DNA of 64,000 nt from positions 806,001 through 870,000 of the forward strand of contig VRMN01000006.1 in the NCBI GenBank assembly GCA_008690995.1, in the 5' to 3' direction. This stretch comes from Porphyridium purpureum. Lineage: Eukaryota. Positions within the stretch are counted from its first letter, which is position 1; the number at the start of each line of letters is the position of its first letter. Made by a program: the position numbers and the translations under genes. Shown here in pieces: positions 21,181-32,451 of the stretch. The notes beneath the pieces were generated by a model. That model was not told the DNA's origin. It did no database searches and worked only from the letters and a program-made list of their open reading frames with translations.

Positions 21181-21338
21181 TGCGGTACAGCAGGTGGGAC
21201 AAGCGCGTGGGGGGAAAAGGCAAAGCGCCAGTTGGCGCGCCATGCGAGATGGCCAGGCACGCAAGACGGGCGCGGCGCGACGTTTTTTTTTTTTGTTCTG
21301 TTTCGCGAGGGAGAGAGAGGAAGAGGAGGGAGAGGAGT

Positions 21339-23126
21339 ATGATTCGGTATGGAGCGGCAGGACGAGCCGCGCCGACGGGCCTGTGGGTGGATGCTCGTGA
21401 TGCGTTCGATGACGCGGTGTGCGCGGATGGCGCGGGTGCGTGTGGCGATGCGGCAGTGATGTGTGCGCCGCAGCATGAGCACCAGCAGGAGGCCGAGGGC
21501 GAGTGTCCGTTTGTGGAGACGGCGCTGCGCCTGATGGTGCAGGAAAATGAGCGGAAACGTAGGATGCAGAGTGGTAAGGTTGCGGGCGGGACGGACTGCG
21601 TGCCGCGGCGTCCGGGACCGCAGCTGGACGCCGCAGTCCCGCGACGGCTGGTTGTGCTGCGCGTGCACAGCAAGGCTGCGTGGAAATCTGGTTCGAGGCC
21701 GGATGTGCACAAGTTAAGAAGGACGCACACCGGCACCCAAGCGAAGCCGTGTTCTGCGCCATTGGTAAGGCGCGGCAAGACAAAGCTGCAGGGTCATGTT
21801 CAGTCGCTGGAAGACGAGCTGTTTTTTTCGCTGACCGAGCCAGAGCGAATGCAACAGCACGACGACGCACAGGCATTGGCGCTCATTCTTTCGAATCACA
21901 CAAAGGCGTGCCAGATCTTTGCGCAGCACCCAGAGTCGGCTCTTTCCTTTGTGGAAAAATCCGCCCGCGCGAGCGCGCACCCACGCAGCGCGGTGAATGC
22001 CGACCGGCTTTCACTCATCTGCTGTGCGCTTTTGGTTGGAATTGGCGAGCTTTCAGCTAACCTGAAAAAAGAAACTGCGAGCTGGATGGTTTCGGAGGCG
22101 GCGCGCATGCTCGCAAAGTATGATACAGAGATGGGCGCAGACGAAAGTCGCGCCACAGAAACCGACACAGGCCCAGTGCGCCCTTCGTCGCTGGCCTTGA
22201 GAGCCCTGCAAAGCATCATCTGCACGCACGATTCGGGCCCCGATCTGGTGAGCTTGTTGGACAGCGCTCGCGCGCAGCGCGTGTTTGCGGTGCTCGTAAG
22301 CGACAGCAAACCAGGTACCTCGAGCAGCCCATGTGCCCTCCCAGACATCTTGTCCGCGTTGTGTCTCCTCGAGTGCTGGTCTCTCGTTCACGATCATGCA
22401 CTTGTTCGCGCCGGCTTTGCCGCAGAATCTTGTTTCGCACGCTTGTTGGGCTTTCTCGACGAGGCACCCGACCTGCATACCGCGACGAACAAGGGTGAAC
22501 ACGCCAAAGGAGTCCAGGTGTCGACCAACCTTATGGAACTCGTTCGGGACGCGCTCCATGTCACCCACGAGGCACTCTTCTGCCAGGTGCTGCGTGTACT
22601 GATCAACGCGATGCATGATCAGGCATGCGTGCAAGCGGCGCTCGACAGCGGTCAAATGTGGCATGCAGCTGATTCTCTAGCGGCGCTGCTCTCTCGAGCA
22701 GCCACGTTCGATATGCGGGTCTTAGTCTTCGCAAGCGTGGCGCAGCTTTTGAGCGTCTTACCCTCGAACGCATCCAGAGCTCATCTTGAGTGCCTGGCGT
22801 CCATCCTATCGAGCTCTATGAATACCCACCTTGCCACACATCCGCTAAACTTTAGTGATGGCGACACGTGCATTGAATCGAGTTATGTGGGTCTTTTGCT
22901 CGCAGTGGGGCTGTGCCATGACGCACCGACACTGCGGCGGACATTTGCCGCTCTTTTGTGGCATGCAACCCCTCAAATCAAACTCCATGTCGTCGTGGAC
23001 GCTCTTGCCGTCTTGAAGCATGCAAGTGCAGAGAGTGGGATTTCGTCCCTTCGGGTGGACGCTCGAACCGACGAACTGGCGGAGCGTCTGAAGCTGGTCG
23101 ACCTGGAGGCACTGGCCAACGGATAA
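21339..23126 (+). CDS. WAPL: WAPL-like cohesin release factor
   Basis: GHVQSLEDELFF, VLRVLINAMHD, FDMRVLVFASV and IESSYVGLLLA occur in the order of conserved WAPL-domain motifs (divergent). Confidence 0.6.
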   Translation: MIRYGAAGRAAPTGLWVDARDAFDDAVCADGAGACGDAAVMCAPQHEHQQEAEGECPFVETALRLMVQENERKRRMQSGKVAGGTDCVPRRPGPQLDAAVPRRLVVLRVHSKAAWKSGSRPDVHKLRRTHTGTQAKPCSAPLVRRGKTKLQGHVQSLEDELFFSLTEPERMQQHDDAQALALILSNHTKACQIFAQHPESALSFVEKSARASAHPRSAVNADRLSLICCALLVGIGELSANLKKETASWMVSEAARMLAKYDTEMGADESRATETDTGPVRPSSLALRALQSIICTHDSGPDLVSLLDSARAQRVFAVLVSDSKPGTSSSPCALPDILSALCLLECWSLVHDHALVRAGFAAESCFARLLGFLDEAPDLHTATNKGEHAKGVQVSTNLMELVRDALHVTHEALFCQVLRVLINAMHDQACVQAALDSGQMWHAADSLAALLSRAATFDMRVLVFASVAQLLSVLPSNASRAHLECLASILSSSMNTHLATHPLNFSDGDTCIESSYVGLLLAVGLCHDAPTLRRTFAALLWHATPQIKLHVVVDALAVLKHASAESGISSLRVDARTDELAERLKLVDLEALANG

Positions 23127-23388
23127 GTTGGGGGCTGGACCGCGTCCGACGTTTTCCCATGTGCAAGTATGTCCACTACGAGCGGGCACTTGGCTTGGCG
23201 TACCCATGCGTTTCAAAGAGACAAACAACACACGCTTGGTCAATGAGCGCACCATGCGCGACGCAGATGCAATGTTCACTCTTAAAACGTGCGCTGCGCT
23301 ATAAAGTATTTTCAATAATAGTAATAAGGTCCGTCACGGACGCTCCCAACGCGCCTTGGTATCCAACGGTGACATGCGCGAGCGTGCA

Positions 23389-24030
23389 TCAGGCGCCAAC
23401 ATGACGCGGAAGCCGCCGCGGGTCCTTTTCGCCGCGATAGTGTTCCCTGGCCAGTTTGAGGAGCTGCGGGTCGGTAATATGGTGCGTATTCTCGTGCCTG
23501 ATGACTGCGGCAATCTTTGGCTCCAGGTCATGCCGCTTTTCATGCATGTGCTTCACAAGCAGCTCCAGCATGGACGCCTTTCCCGTGCCATGCCCCACAA
23601 GAATGACCTCGTCGGCTTGCTCAATCACGCGCTCCACAGCGGTCAGAAACTTCTTCATATGCGGCTCCATGTGGCTCTGCTTGGGAGGATGGTTATGCCC
23701 ATCGAGCTGCGGTCCGAGCAAATCGCTGGACCACGGAAAGTTGTGATGATAGGGCTCAATTTTCTCTGGCTCGCGCGAGCTTGCACGCATGACAGTGCGA
23801 TACACCTTTGCTCCGTTGCCATCAACATGCACCAGGAAATGCAATCCGTCCGCAATGGCCTGCTTGCCTGGCGCATGCCGCTCGGCCTCGACACCAATGG
23901 GACCCAAATCCTTCAGCTTCTTCATCGCCGGCGCGCTCCAGCGCATTCCGCACCGCGGCAGATCCGCCGGCAGCTTCCGCGCCCCGAACACACGCCCCAC
24001 ACAACGCCATGATCGCATGACCGCCGCCAT
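23389..24030 (-). CDS. Bacterial-type eRF1-domain-2-like ('translational machinery') protein with N-terminal presequence
   Basis: FLVHVDGNGAKVY...FLTAVERVIEQADEVILVGHGTGKAS...HHITDPQLLKLAREHY, preceded by an Arg-rich N-terminus MAAVMRSWRCVGRVFGAR. Confidence 0.7.
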   Translation of the reverse strand: MAAVMRSWRCVGRVFGARKLPADLPRCGMRWSAPAMKKLKDLGPIGVEAERHAPGKQAIADGLHFLVHVDGNGAKVYRTVMRASSREPEKIEPYHHNFPWSSDLLGPQLDGHNHPPKQSHMEPHMKKFLTAVERVIEQADEVILVGHGTGKASMLELLVKHMHEKRHDLEPKIAAVIRHENTHHITDPQLLKLAREHYRGEKDPRRLPRHVGA

Positions 24031-24840
24031 CCTCACCGCCTCCCTCTCGTCTAGCTCACGTGCGCAGGCGGAAAAGATAAAAAAAAAGGGGAAAACAAAA
24101 ATCGTGCGGCGCTGTGCTCGCTCACTTTACTATTAAACAACCGCATTTTAATATAAGTTAGGTACAGTTGTTGGTGTCTTTTTTTGGTTTTTTTGGCGCT
24201 GAGCGAACGCGCGCGCGTGTGCGTAGCGGCGCAGGAGAGAGAGAAAGAGAGGAAGGAGACTTTGGTGTGGCTTGGTGGCTTGTTGATTGTCGGTTGTTGG
24301 TTGTTGGTTGTTGGGTAGGAGAGATCCGGGACGTCGCATCGTGGCAGCGCCTCGCAGTGCGCATATTTGGAGCTTTGCCGCGCCACGCGCAAGGTCTGGC
24401 GTCGCTGGTCTCGAGCGGACGGCAAGAGCATTTGGGGGCGTGAATCGAACTCGAGTGTGGGATCTGTGTGTGGGTTGGTGGGTGGCGGGAGTGTGGAAGT
24501 AAGGCGTGGGCCTCGGTTTGCAAGACACGGAGGAACGGAGGGTGGGTCGAGCGGAGGCCTGCCGGAGAAAGAGTGAGAGAGTTTGGGACGTTTTGGTGTC
24601 GCGCGGAAGCGTGTGAATGCAGCGGGCTTTCGTGGGGTGTCTGAACGCCAAACGGTATTGCCGTGGTTGAGCCGTAGAGCACGGCGTGTCGTGGTTCTCC
24701 CTCCGTTCTCACGTCCTTCGGTTTCGATTCGAGAACGTGCATTTGGTCGTTCCGGGCTCGTCCGCGGTGACTTTTTTTTGCATCGCCCTTCCGTCGCGCT
24801 TCTCGGTGTCGAGAGTGTGGAAGTAGGGATATGAGAAAGG

Positions 24841-27570
24841 ATGGACGAGCTCCTCGCCAGCTTCAACAACTCAGAGAACGAACACTCGTCCGTGTACAAT
24901 GACGCATTCGCCGATCGCGACGATGACGGCGTGTATGCCAATTCCCTCGACGGCAATATTCTGGATAGTACGGACGGTTTTGGCAGCGGCGTCGGCGGTA
25001 GCGAATTGTATGGCTTCAGCAGCTCGGGATATGGCACAACCGGTATGAATGGGATCACCAAACCCATGTCTCTGTTTGATGACGCACCGCAGGGGCAGGA
25101 TGAAGACCAAAATGCCATGCTTGTGGATAGCCCGGGGGATGGTAACGCGGCTCAAGGATTTGAACCACAGGCTCGGCAGCTACAATCGCATTTGGAGTCA
25201 CATCAGCTACAAGATCAGCAGGTGTCGCAGCAACAGGATCAGGCGATGAGCTCTACTCTAGCGAACATGGACACAATGCGGAGCCCTGCGACCGGCCTCT
25301 TGTCGGATCAGTTTGCCACGCCAGGCGCGACGGAGAAGAGAATAGATTACATGTCTGCCAGTCCCGCGGGGCCGCTGCCCGGTCCAGGCGTCACCGCGCC
25401 AGAGTCGAATATTGACGATCCTTCGTACCAGCTCGGGTCTGCCTTGGCACCACAGGATGAGTTTGCCGCTGCAGGCGCGGCTGTAGGCGAGATGACGCCG
25501 TCGCATTCGACGCGTTCGAAGCGTCAGCGACTAGCTTCGGAGGAGACGCTCGAGGCTTCACCAGAAGTTGGGTATGCGGTCTCTCAAGTGATGCGCGAGA
25601 CGTTGCAGACCATGATGACGCCCATGGTCTTCGCGCAATACGTGCGATGTGCGCTTTCGCGCGATGATCTGTCCATGGACTCTTCGTTTTCCGCGGCTGT
25701 CGTGTTTGCAGGCGGATTCCCTAAGAGCATGCGCCCCGAGCGGCAGGGGGACAATGGCCACCATCATTTTCACCAATTCCGGCGGCGCATGAGCTTGCGC
25801 CCGAGCGTAGAGTACGCACTCGTCCAGGCCATAGTGTTTCGCATTGGCCTGAGCAGTGCACCGAGTCCGCGACTTTCAATGTACTTGCGCGAGGTTGTGG
25901 TGCTACGCATTGTGCGCCCATTCACAGTCGTTCGTGCCATCGTGCTGGCGCTGCAAGAAAAGCAGGGTGATGTTTCGGCCGCGGCGCGCGACGCGCTTTT
26001 CCGATTCTTGTCGACGCTTATACCTTGGTACAACATCAGCAGCTACGATGACCCGCAGCGGTTCGTTGAGGAGTGCTCCTTTTACCTGCAGGCGGTGCTG
26101 TTGATATTGGGCACTTTTGACGCTGTCTGGTTTACTCCCTTAAAGCCTGGCGCAAGCGTGAACCCGCGGGAGATCGTGCGCGCGGCGTGCATGGCCAGTG
26201 CTACTTTTCTCAAGTCGCTGATGGACGAGCGGATTATCTCGCTAACGCGCGCATGTGCGCGGCGCTGCCCAGAGCTCTGGGACGAAGTGGAGGAATGCTG
26301 CAACCGCATCATTGACGTGACAACCGTATTTATCAACTCCGCCGGTAAGACCCCTCCGGCGTCCATTGCGGCGGAGCTCACGGTCGCAAAGCAGTGGCAG
26401 GCGATCTGCTCTCGCATCCGCGACGGGTTATCTGCCGCTGTAATGATTCCGTTTCAGCAGAAAGCGATCCGCGACAAGGCCGGAAAGCTCACGCTGGTGG
26501 CTATCATGGAATGGATGCTGTCCAAGACGACTCCCGTCCTCGGCAAAGAAGTGGTGAGCGCCATGCGTGAATTTCTTGTGTCCAAAGAGTCTGTTAATGG
26601 CGACCTCAACGCGCTTCGAGCCATTGAGCACGCAGCATCGACATTGTACCTGGACGCATTGAAAACGAGTAACGAAGCGGCGGCAAACGGCGCGGACGGC
26701 GCGTCGGTAGTTGCGGGGGGCGCGGCCGGCGGAGGCAGTGATGCTCCAGTTACTTCGGCTGGCGGTGCCAAAGGTGGCGAAAAATTCTCATTCAAAGAAC
26801 AGTTTCGCATGTGCGAGCGAATGGTGCGACAGCTAAGTGAGGCGATAGTTGTGGACGAGGCTCAGGCAGAACAGCACCTGGCAGAGTGGGGCGGGCGCGA
26901 GCGGGTGAATCGACTCTTGTTCAATGTCCTTCCGCAAGTGAAGAATCAATTGCGCTCGACGTATAGCTGTTTAATCCTTGCTACCGTTGTGGTCACCATT
27001 ACGGCAACAGCAGCCGGCACGCACCTGGTCTCCACGGGAATTGCACAGTCAACGGCGGCCCCACTGAGTCCCGGTGACGAGGTTGCGGAACTTACCGATC
27101 GCTTTGGAAGTTTTGCAGTGGAGCTGCTGAAGGAAGCCGCGTTTGGCGACGATATACTGCCCAGTCGATCGTTTGGCTTGTTTTTGATGCGCCTAGCCTG
27201 TCGCGCAGGCGGCCTGCTGCGGCTGTGCAAATGCAACTATGCACTTGCTGTACGTATCCTGCGCGCTTGGGACGTGATCAACGGCGGCAAGCCTTTTTCG
27301 GACGCAAACCTTGGACTGTATGGCGTCGAGACCAATCAAGGCACGAGCTACTTTATGCAGGCTGCCATTCACGCGGGCATTATCGATGCGCCCGGCGGTG
27401 CAGGAGGTGCGAACGCTGGCGCGGGCCCGGGCGCTGCACAGGGCCATGTACATCCCATACGCAGCAACTTTAGTCTAAGCATGAGCACATCGACGCTCGT
27501 AATCGATGCGTCGGACGATCCTGCGTCCGACATTGGGCTGAGGCTGCTCTGTTCCGAACCCACGCTGTAG
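24841..27570 (+). CDS. Large helical protein, possible Mediator tail subunit (Med5/MED24/MED33-like)
   Basis: 909-aa ORF with an acidic disordered N-terminus. ALVQAIVFRIGLSSAPSPRLSMYLREVVVLRIV resembles the MED24/Med5 N-terminal motif. ORF is solid; identity is tentative. Confidence 0.55.
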   Translation: MDELLASFNNSENEHSSVYNDAFADRDDDGVYANSLDGNILDSTDGFGSGVGGSELYGFSSSGYGTTGMNGITKPMSLFDDAPQGQDEDQNAMLVDSPGDGNAAQGFEPQARQLQSHLESHQLQDQQVSQQQDQAMSSTLANMDTMRSPATGLLSDQFATPGATEKRIDYMSASPAGPLPGPGVTAPESNIDDPSYQLGSALAPQDEFAAAGAAVGEMTPSHSTRSKRQRLASEETLEASPEVGYAVSQVMRETLQTMMTPMVFAQYVRCALSRDDLSMDSSFSAAVVFAGGFPKSMRPERQGDNGHHHFHQFRRRMSLRPSVEYALVQAIVFRIGLSSAPSPRLSMYLREVVVLRIVRPFTVVRAIVLALQEKQGDVSAAARDALFRFLSTLIPWYNISSYDDPQRFVEECSFYLQAVLLILGTFDAVWFTPLKPGASVNPREIVRAACMASATFLKSLMDERIISLTRACARRCPELWDEVEECCNRIIDVTTVFINSAGKTPPASIAAELTVAKQWQAICSRIRDGLSAAVMIPFQQKAIRDKAGKLTLVAIMEWMLSKTTPVLGKEVVSAMREFLVSKESVNGDLNALRAIEHAASTLYLDALKTSNEAAANGADGASVVAGGAAGGGSDAPVTSAGGAKGGEKFSFKEQFRMCERMVRQLSEAIVVDEAQAEQHLAEWGGRERVNRLLFNVLPQVKNQLRSTYSCLILATVVVTITATAAGTHLVSTGIAQSTAAPLSPGDEVAELTDRFGSFAVELLKEAAFGDDILPSRSFGLFLMRLACRAGGLLRLCKCNYALAVRILRAWDVINGGKPFSDANLGLYGVETNQGTSYFMQAAIHAGIIDAPGGAGGANAGAGPGAAQGHVHPIRSNFSLSMSTSTLVIDASDDPASDIGLRLLCSEPTL

Positions 27571-27607
27571 AACGTGAGAATTCCGGGTTTGACTTGGATA
27601 TAATATG

Positions 27608-27618
27608 TGTATGTGCGT

Positions 27619-27672
<54 letters not shown>
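27608..27672. repeat. (GT)n / (GTGTGC)n microsatellite
   Basis: Directly visible GT dinucleotide run. Confidence 0.95.
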
Positions 27673-27675
<3 letters not shown>

Positions 27676-28027
27676 GCGCATGTGGTTGCGAAAGGCATGC
27701 GCCGGCTCTGTTCTTGACCGGACGAGCGCTTCACTTGGCGCCGGCGCTCTCACAGCGACCCACGCGCAAGCACACGTGCGCCAGAGCCACAGCACCGCAG
27801 AAACCCTAGCATGAGGTACAGTGAGCGTGAATGGAAGTACAGCCATCTGTACACTGTGAACTGTACTTGAGCTCCATGTCGGCTGCACGACTTGGTGGAA
27901 GGAGACGCTCGTAGGAGCAGCTTTTGATGAGGTCTGAACAGGCTGCAGATTGCAACCGTTCGGTGGTAGAAGAGACGTTGCGCGGAAGACGTGTGGTGTG
28001 GTGTACGCGCAGACATCAGTGGCGACC

Positions 28028-29812
28028 ATGCGAATGTGCGACGGTGCTGCGATCAGGCCTGCATTTGTGTCGATTCCAGTGACCGCGCGGAAGGCGCGCG
28101 CGTCGCAGTTTGGCGCGCCGTGGTACCCGCCAAGGTGGCAGATTCAGCTGGCCGTCGCTTGCGCATACCGAAGGAGTAGCTCTCATATTGCCATGGCCGC
28201 GTCTGCCGCGCAAACGTCGAAAGCCGCGGTTGCCGGCAAGTGCGTGATTGCGTGGTTCCGCGCAGACTTGCGCTTGCGCGATAACCCGATGCTCATGGAC
28301 GCCATTCGAGCCGGCCAGGGATGCGTGCTGCCCGTCTACTGCTTCGATCCGCGGTGCTTTGGTCTCACAGACGAGGCAAAGTTCCCGAAATGCGCCGCGC
28401 CTCGTGCCCAGTTCCTGCGTGAGTGCGTCGAGGATCTCCGCAACAATCTGCGCGCGCTTGGCTCGGATCTGATCGTGCGGCACGGCCACCCGGAAGTGGT
28501 GCTGACGCAGCTGGCCGAGCAGTACCAGTGCTCACACGTGTTTGGGTCCAAAGAAGTGGCGTGGGAGGAGACTCGCGTGGAGAAAAAGCTGCGCGCAAAC
28601 ATGTCCAAATTGGAGAAGCCACCCAAACTGTCTCTCACTTGGGGCGCTGTCACCATGTATCACTTGGATGACCTTCCGATGGACATTGACCAACTGCCAG
28701 ATGTGTTCTCGCAATTTCGTCGCAGCGTCGAATCGCGACCGGCCGTCGAGGTTCGTGCACCTCTGCTGGCTCCGGCAAAGGGCGCCTTGCGTCCCCTCCC
28801 AGAAGGACTCGAGATCGGTGCGTTGCCGAGCATGGACGAGCTCTTGGAGGCTACAATTCCCGAAGCGTCGCAGCGACAGTTTCAGCAGGACTCGCGTGCG
28901 GTGCTTTCCTTTCGTGGCGGCGAGACGGCCGCGCTGGCGCGCGTGCAGTATTACCTGTGGGAAAGTGACTGCGTCGCCAAGTACAAGGAGACCCGCAACG
29001 GAATGGTGGGTGGCGATTACTCCAGCAAGTTCTCGGCATGGCTGGCGCACGGCTGCGTGAGCGCGCGCGATATTTACCACGAGATCAAGAGCTACGAACG
29101 CACTCGCGTGGCCAACGATTCTACGTATTGGCTCATCTTTGAGCTGATTTGGCGGGACTACTTTCGTCTGCTGGCTCTGCGCTGCGGTAACGATATTTTC
29201 TTTCTGGGCGGTCCTCGCCGGCGCGACAAGATTCAGTGGAAGCAAGACCGGAAAGCATTTGAGGCGTGGCGAACAGGCAATACAGGTTACCCATTGGTAG
29301 ATGCTAACATGCGAGAGTTGAATCAGACGGGATTTATGAGTAACCGTGGGCGTCAGAACGTGGCCTCCTTCCTGACAAAGGATTTACGCATTGACTGGCG
29401 CTGGGGAGCCGAATGGTTTGAATCGATGCTTCTGGATCACGATGTGCACAGTAATTATGGGAACTGGACGTACGCCGCAGGCGTCGGTATGGACCCTCGC
29501 GAGGATCGTCACTTTAACGTGGTCAAGCAGGCAAAAACATATGATGAGACTGGCGAGTACGCAAAGTTGTGGCTGCCAGAGCTCGCGGATGTACCTGCAG
29601 AGTTCATATATGAGCCGTACAAGATCCCGGCGTCCGAACGAAGCAGGTTCAATGGTTTGGATCAGTATCCAAGGCCTGTTGTCAACACATTCGGAAAGGG
29701 TAGTTTTCAGGCTGGCGGACAGGGCGGAAGGCAGCCAGATATTCAATCTGGAAAAAAGCATCGCGGGCCGAGCAAGCCAAGAGCGAACGCGCGACGCGAG
29801 CCAAAGTACTAG
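28028..29812 (+). CDS. CRYD: Cryptochrome DASH, canonical copy 1 (plastid-type transit peptide)
   Basis: WFRADLRLRDN, YKETRNG, FELIWRDYF, GFMSNRGRQNVASFL, SNYGNWTYAAGVGMDPREDRHFNVVKQ. Confidence 0.96.
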   Translation: MRMCDGAAIRPAFVSIPVTARKARASQFGAPWYPPRWQIQLAVACAYRRSSSHIAMAASAAQTSKAAVAGKCVIAWFRADLRLRDNPMLMDAIRAGQGCVLPVYCFDPRCFGLTDEAKFPKCAAPRAQFLRECVEDLRNNLRALGSDLIVRHGHPEVVLTQLAEQYQCSHVFGSKEVAWEETRVEKKLRANMSKLEKPPKLSLTWGAVTMYHLDDLPMDIDQLPDVFSQFRRSVESRPAVEVRAPLLAPAKGALRPLPEGLEIGALPSMDELLEATIPEASQRQFQQDSRAVLSFRGGETAALARVQYYLWESDCVAKYKETRNGMVGGDYSSKFSAWLAHGCVSARDIYHEIKSYERTRVANDSTYWLIFELIWRDYFRLLALRCGNDIFFLGGPRRRDKIQWKQDRKAFEAWRTGNTGYPLVDANMRELNQTGFMSNRGRQNVASFLTKDLRIDWRWGAEWFESMLLDHDVHSNYGNWTYAAGVGMDPREDRHFNVVKQAKTYDETGEYAKLWLPELADVPAEFIYEPYKIPASERSRFNGLDQYPRPVVNTFGKGSFQAGGQGGRQPDIQSGKKHRGPSKPRANARREPKY

Positions 29813-30311
29813 ATCGGGTTTCAGGGGTAGGATAAATTGAAGATCATGTAAACGCAGCTCTCTGACAAGAAGAGCGATCCCGGGGATACGTAAGGATCGG
29901 CGCCATGGAGGTTGTACGTTTGTTTCGATGGTAAGCTCTCTGCCAGTTCTCCTCGTGACAATCGTGGTAGGTCGGTACAACGTTTTGCGGAAGAAGAGGA
30001 GAAAGAATATTTTAAAGGGAAAAAAAAAAAAAAATAAGAAAAAATAATAGAAACTCGCTGTCGCTAGACTCCGAGGCGCGCGACTGCAGAGATTTCACGC
30101 CGAAGCTCAAAGCAAGTCAGCCGGAACCCAACGAGAAGTGTCCTTTCGACGACACTCCCGCGACCGGGGCCTTTGCGCTTAGTTGAGAGATCTGCTCTGT
30201 CTCTCCCAGGAAAGAGCCATAGCCGCGGGGGCAGGCAAATTTCAACTCGAAACCGGTGGTGCTACTGAGCGTCTCGCCCGCGCGGACAGGCTCTGGTGTC
30301 GTGCAGGACGG

Positions 30312-32102
30312 ATGAATGTGTCGATGCAAGCCTGCTCAAAGATTGTGAACCGAGCCCGACTGGACTCGAAACGTTGGATTCCGACTCGCGCGCTGTGCAG
30401 TGAAGGGGAGCCACGCGGACTAGAACGGGAGCAGCGGAAACTGCGTGTGGCTGTCACGCGTATGAAAGAGTTAAGAGGTTTTAATGCCCCGAAGCGTGTC
30501 GTCACACCTCCATCTGAAGACAGCTATGTGATTGCGTGGTTTCGCGCAGACTTGCGGCTGTGCGATAACCCGATGCTGGCAGAAGCTATTCATACTGGTA
30601 AGGGCCGCGTGCTGCCTGTCTATTGTTTTGACTCTAGAAACTTTGGCCTCACGGACGAAGCCAAACTACCGAAATGCGCCGCGCCACGCGCCCAATTCTT
30701 ACGTGAGTGTGTTCAGGATCTACGTAACAGCCTGCAAGAGTACGGCTCGGACTTGATTGTGCGGCATGGCCGCACAGAGGTGATACTGGCGCGACTTGCC
30801 AAGCAATACCAGTGTTCACACATCATCGGATCCAAGCAAGTGGCATGGGACGAATTGCGAATAGAGAGCAAACTTCGGTCCCTGGTGACTCAGATGGAAA
30901 TTCCGCCCAAGGTTTCCTTCTGCTGCGGCGCAGAGACCTTGTATCACTTGGAGGACTTACCCCGAGAATTTTATCATGTTCCAGACGACATTCCGCAATT
31001 TCGCAGAAGTGTTGAGGCGCAGCATCATCGTCCCGGCACACGAATTCGACTCCCTTTCCTGCCACCAGACGAAGGGGCGCTTCTGCCCCTACCTGAAGAT
31101 ATTGATCGTGGCACAGTGCCAAGTCTAGATGATTTGTTGCAGGAGTCAATCCCCGATGAGTCGCAGCGGCGCGTTGAGCCGGACGCTCGTGCACCATACG
31201 TCTTTCGAGGCGGTGAGACAGCTGCTCTCGAGCATGCGCAGTCGTTTTTCTGGGAGACTGACGGAGTCTCCAAATATAATTATACGCGAAAGGGTATGAC
31301 GATGCGTGGCACACCTCTCTCAAGTATGTTGTCTGTGTGGCTTGCGCAAGGCTGCATAAGTGCAAGAAGTTTATACCACGTGATGCAGAGCTACGAGCGC
31401 GAGCGCGTTGCAAACTCAACACAATGGCTCTTCCGGGATCTGATTCGGCGCGACTATTACCGACTGCTTGCGTTGCGGCTGCACCATGAGCTTCGTTTCC
31501 AGCGAGATTATGTCAAGACGTATTTTCAGGATGGACCACGCGTTCCTGGACAGCTAACGTGGAAGCGCGACCGTGAGGCGTTCGAGAAGTGGTGTATGGG
31601 CAAGACGGGCTTCCCGCTGGTCGATGCGTGTATGCGCGAACTCTATACGACGGGCTTTCTGAGCGGGCGCGGCCGCATGAGTGTGGCCTCGTTCTTGACC
31701 AGAGACTTGCTTATCGACTGGCGCTGGGGCGCCGAGTGGTTCCAGTCGAGACTGGTGGACTATGACAGCCACAGCAACTACGGCAACTGGGTAGACATTG
31801 CAGGCGTGGGAATGGACCAGCAACGTCAGGAGCCATATGTCAATGTGGTCAACCAGGCCAAGTCGTACGATGAGAATGGTGATTACGTCAAGCATTGGCT
31901 GCCGGAGCTAAGCAAAATCCCCGTCGAGCATATACACGAGCCGTACAAGATCCCAGCTTACGAGCGCAACGCATACAAGTGCTTGGCTGACTACCCAGAG
32001 CCCGTGATTGACTCGTACGGGAGGGGCGGGTTTTTGACCAAGCTTGGCAAAGATCGCGATATCCGTCCATTTGCCGTTGTTCGTCGGGCGGAAAAGGAGT
32101 AG
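30312..32102 (+). CDS. Cryptochrome DASH-like paralogue, divergent copy 2
   Basis: Intact ORF collinear with copy 1, with altered motifs DLIRRDYY, LSGRGRMSVASF and NYGNWVD. Confidence 0.92.
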   Translation: MNVSMQACSKIVNRARLDSKRWIPTRALCSEGEPRGLEREQRKLRVAVTRMKELRGFNAPKRVVTPPSEDSYVIAWFRADLRLCDNPMLAEAIHTGKGRVLPVYCFDSRNFGLTDEAKLPKCAAPRAQFLRECVQDLRNSLQEYGSDLIVRHGRTEVILARLAKQYQCSHIIGSKQVAWDELRIESKLRSLVTQMEIPPKVSFCCGAETLYHLEDLPREFYHVPDDIPQFRRSVEAQHHRPGTRIRLPFLPPDEGALLPLPEDIDRGTVPSLDDLLQESIPDESQRRVEPDARAPYVFRGGETAALEHAQSFFWETDGVSKYNYTRKGMTMRGTPLSSMLSVWLAQGCISARSLYHVMQSYERERVANSTQWLFRDLIRRDYYRLLALRLHHELRFQRDYVKTYFQDGPRVPGQLTWKRDREAFEKWCMGKTGFPLVDACMRELYTTGFLSGRGRMSVASFLTRDLLIDWRWGAEWFQSRLVDYDSHSNYGNWVDIAGVGMDQQRQEPYVNVVNQAKSYDENGDYVKHWLPELSKIPVEHIHEPYKIPAYERNAYKCLADYPEPVIDSYGRGGFLTKLGKDRDIRPFAVVRRAEKE

Positions 32103-32451
32103 AGTATCAATCGCAGTCCAGTGCAGAGGCCTCGCTCATTGTTCATCTATGCTCATCCTGTTCCTGCACACATAGACACAGAGAGACACAGAGCAGCGGC
32201 GGCAGGCAGCTCCAAGTAGTGCAGCCGCAACATCCATCCGCAGGCGTCCCAAGCCAATGGAGTTTCTACTATAAAAGCGTGCAGTTTTACTAGGACAACT
32301 TCTTTGGCTGGTTTGCGCGTTTTCCTGCTCCCCGAGTTGTGGCGCCGTGCGACGGACGGCGCGACGTGGCGGACGTGCGACGAGCAGCGCCGGTGGGGCC
32401 ACATGACATCGAGCCACAGGCGCTCGCGAGCTGGTGGTGCCGCACAAGCTG

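Noticed and set aside
29990..30055. Poly(A)-rich tract between DASH copies 1 and 2 as a possible retroposition scar
   Set aside because: No target-site duplication seen, similar A/T tracts occur in many intergenic gaps, and tandem duplication explains the array.
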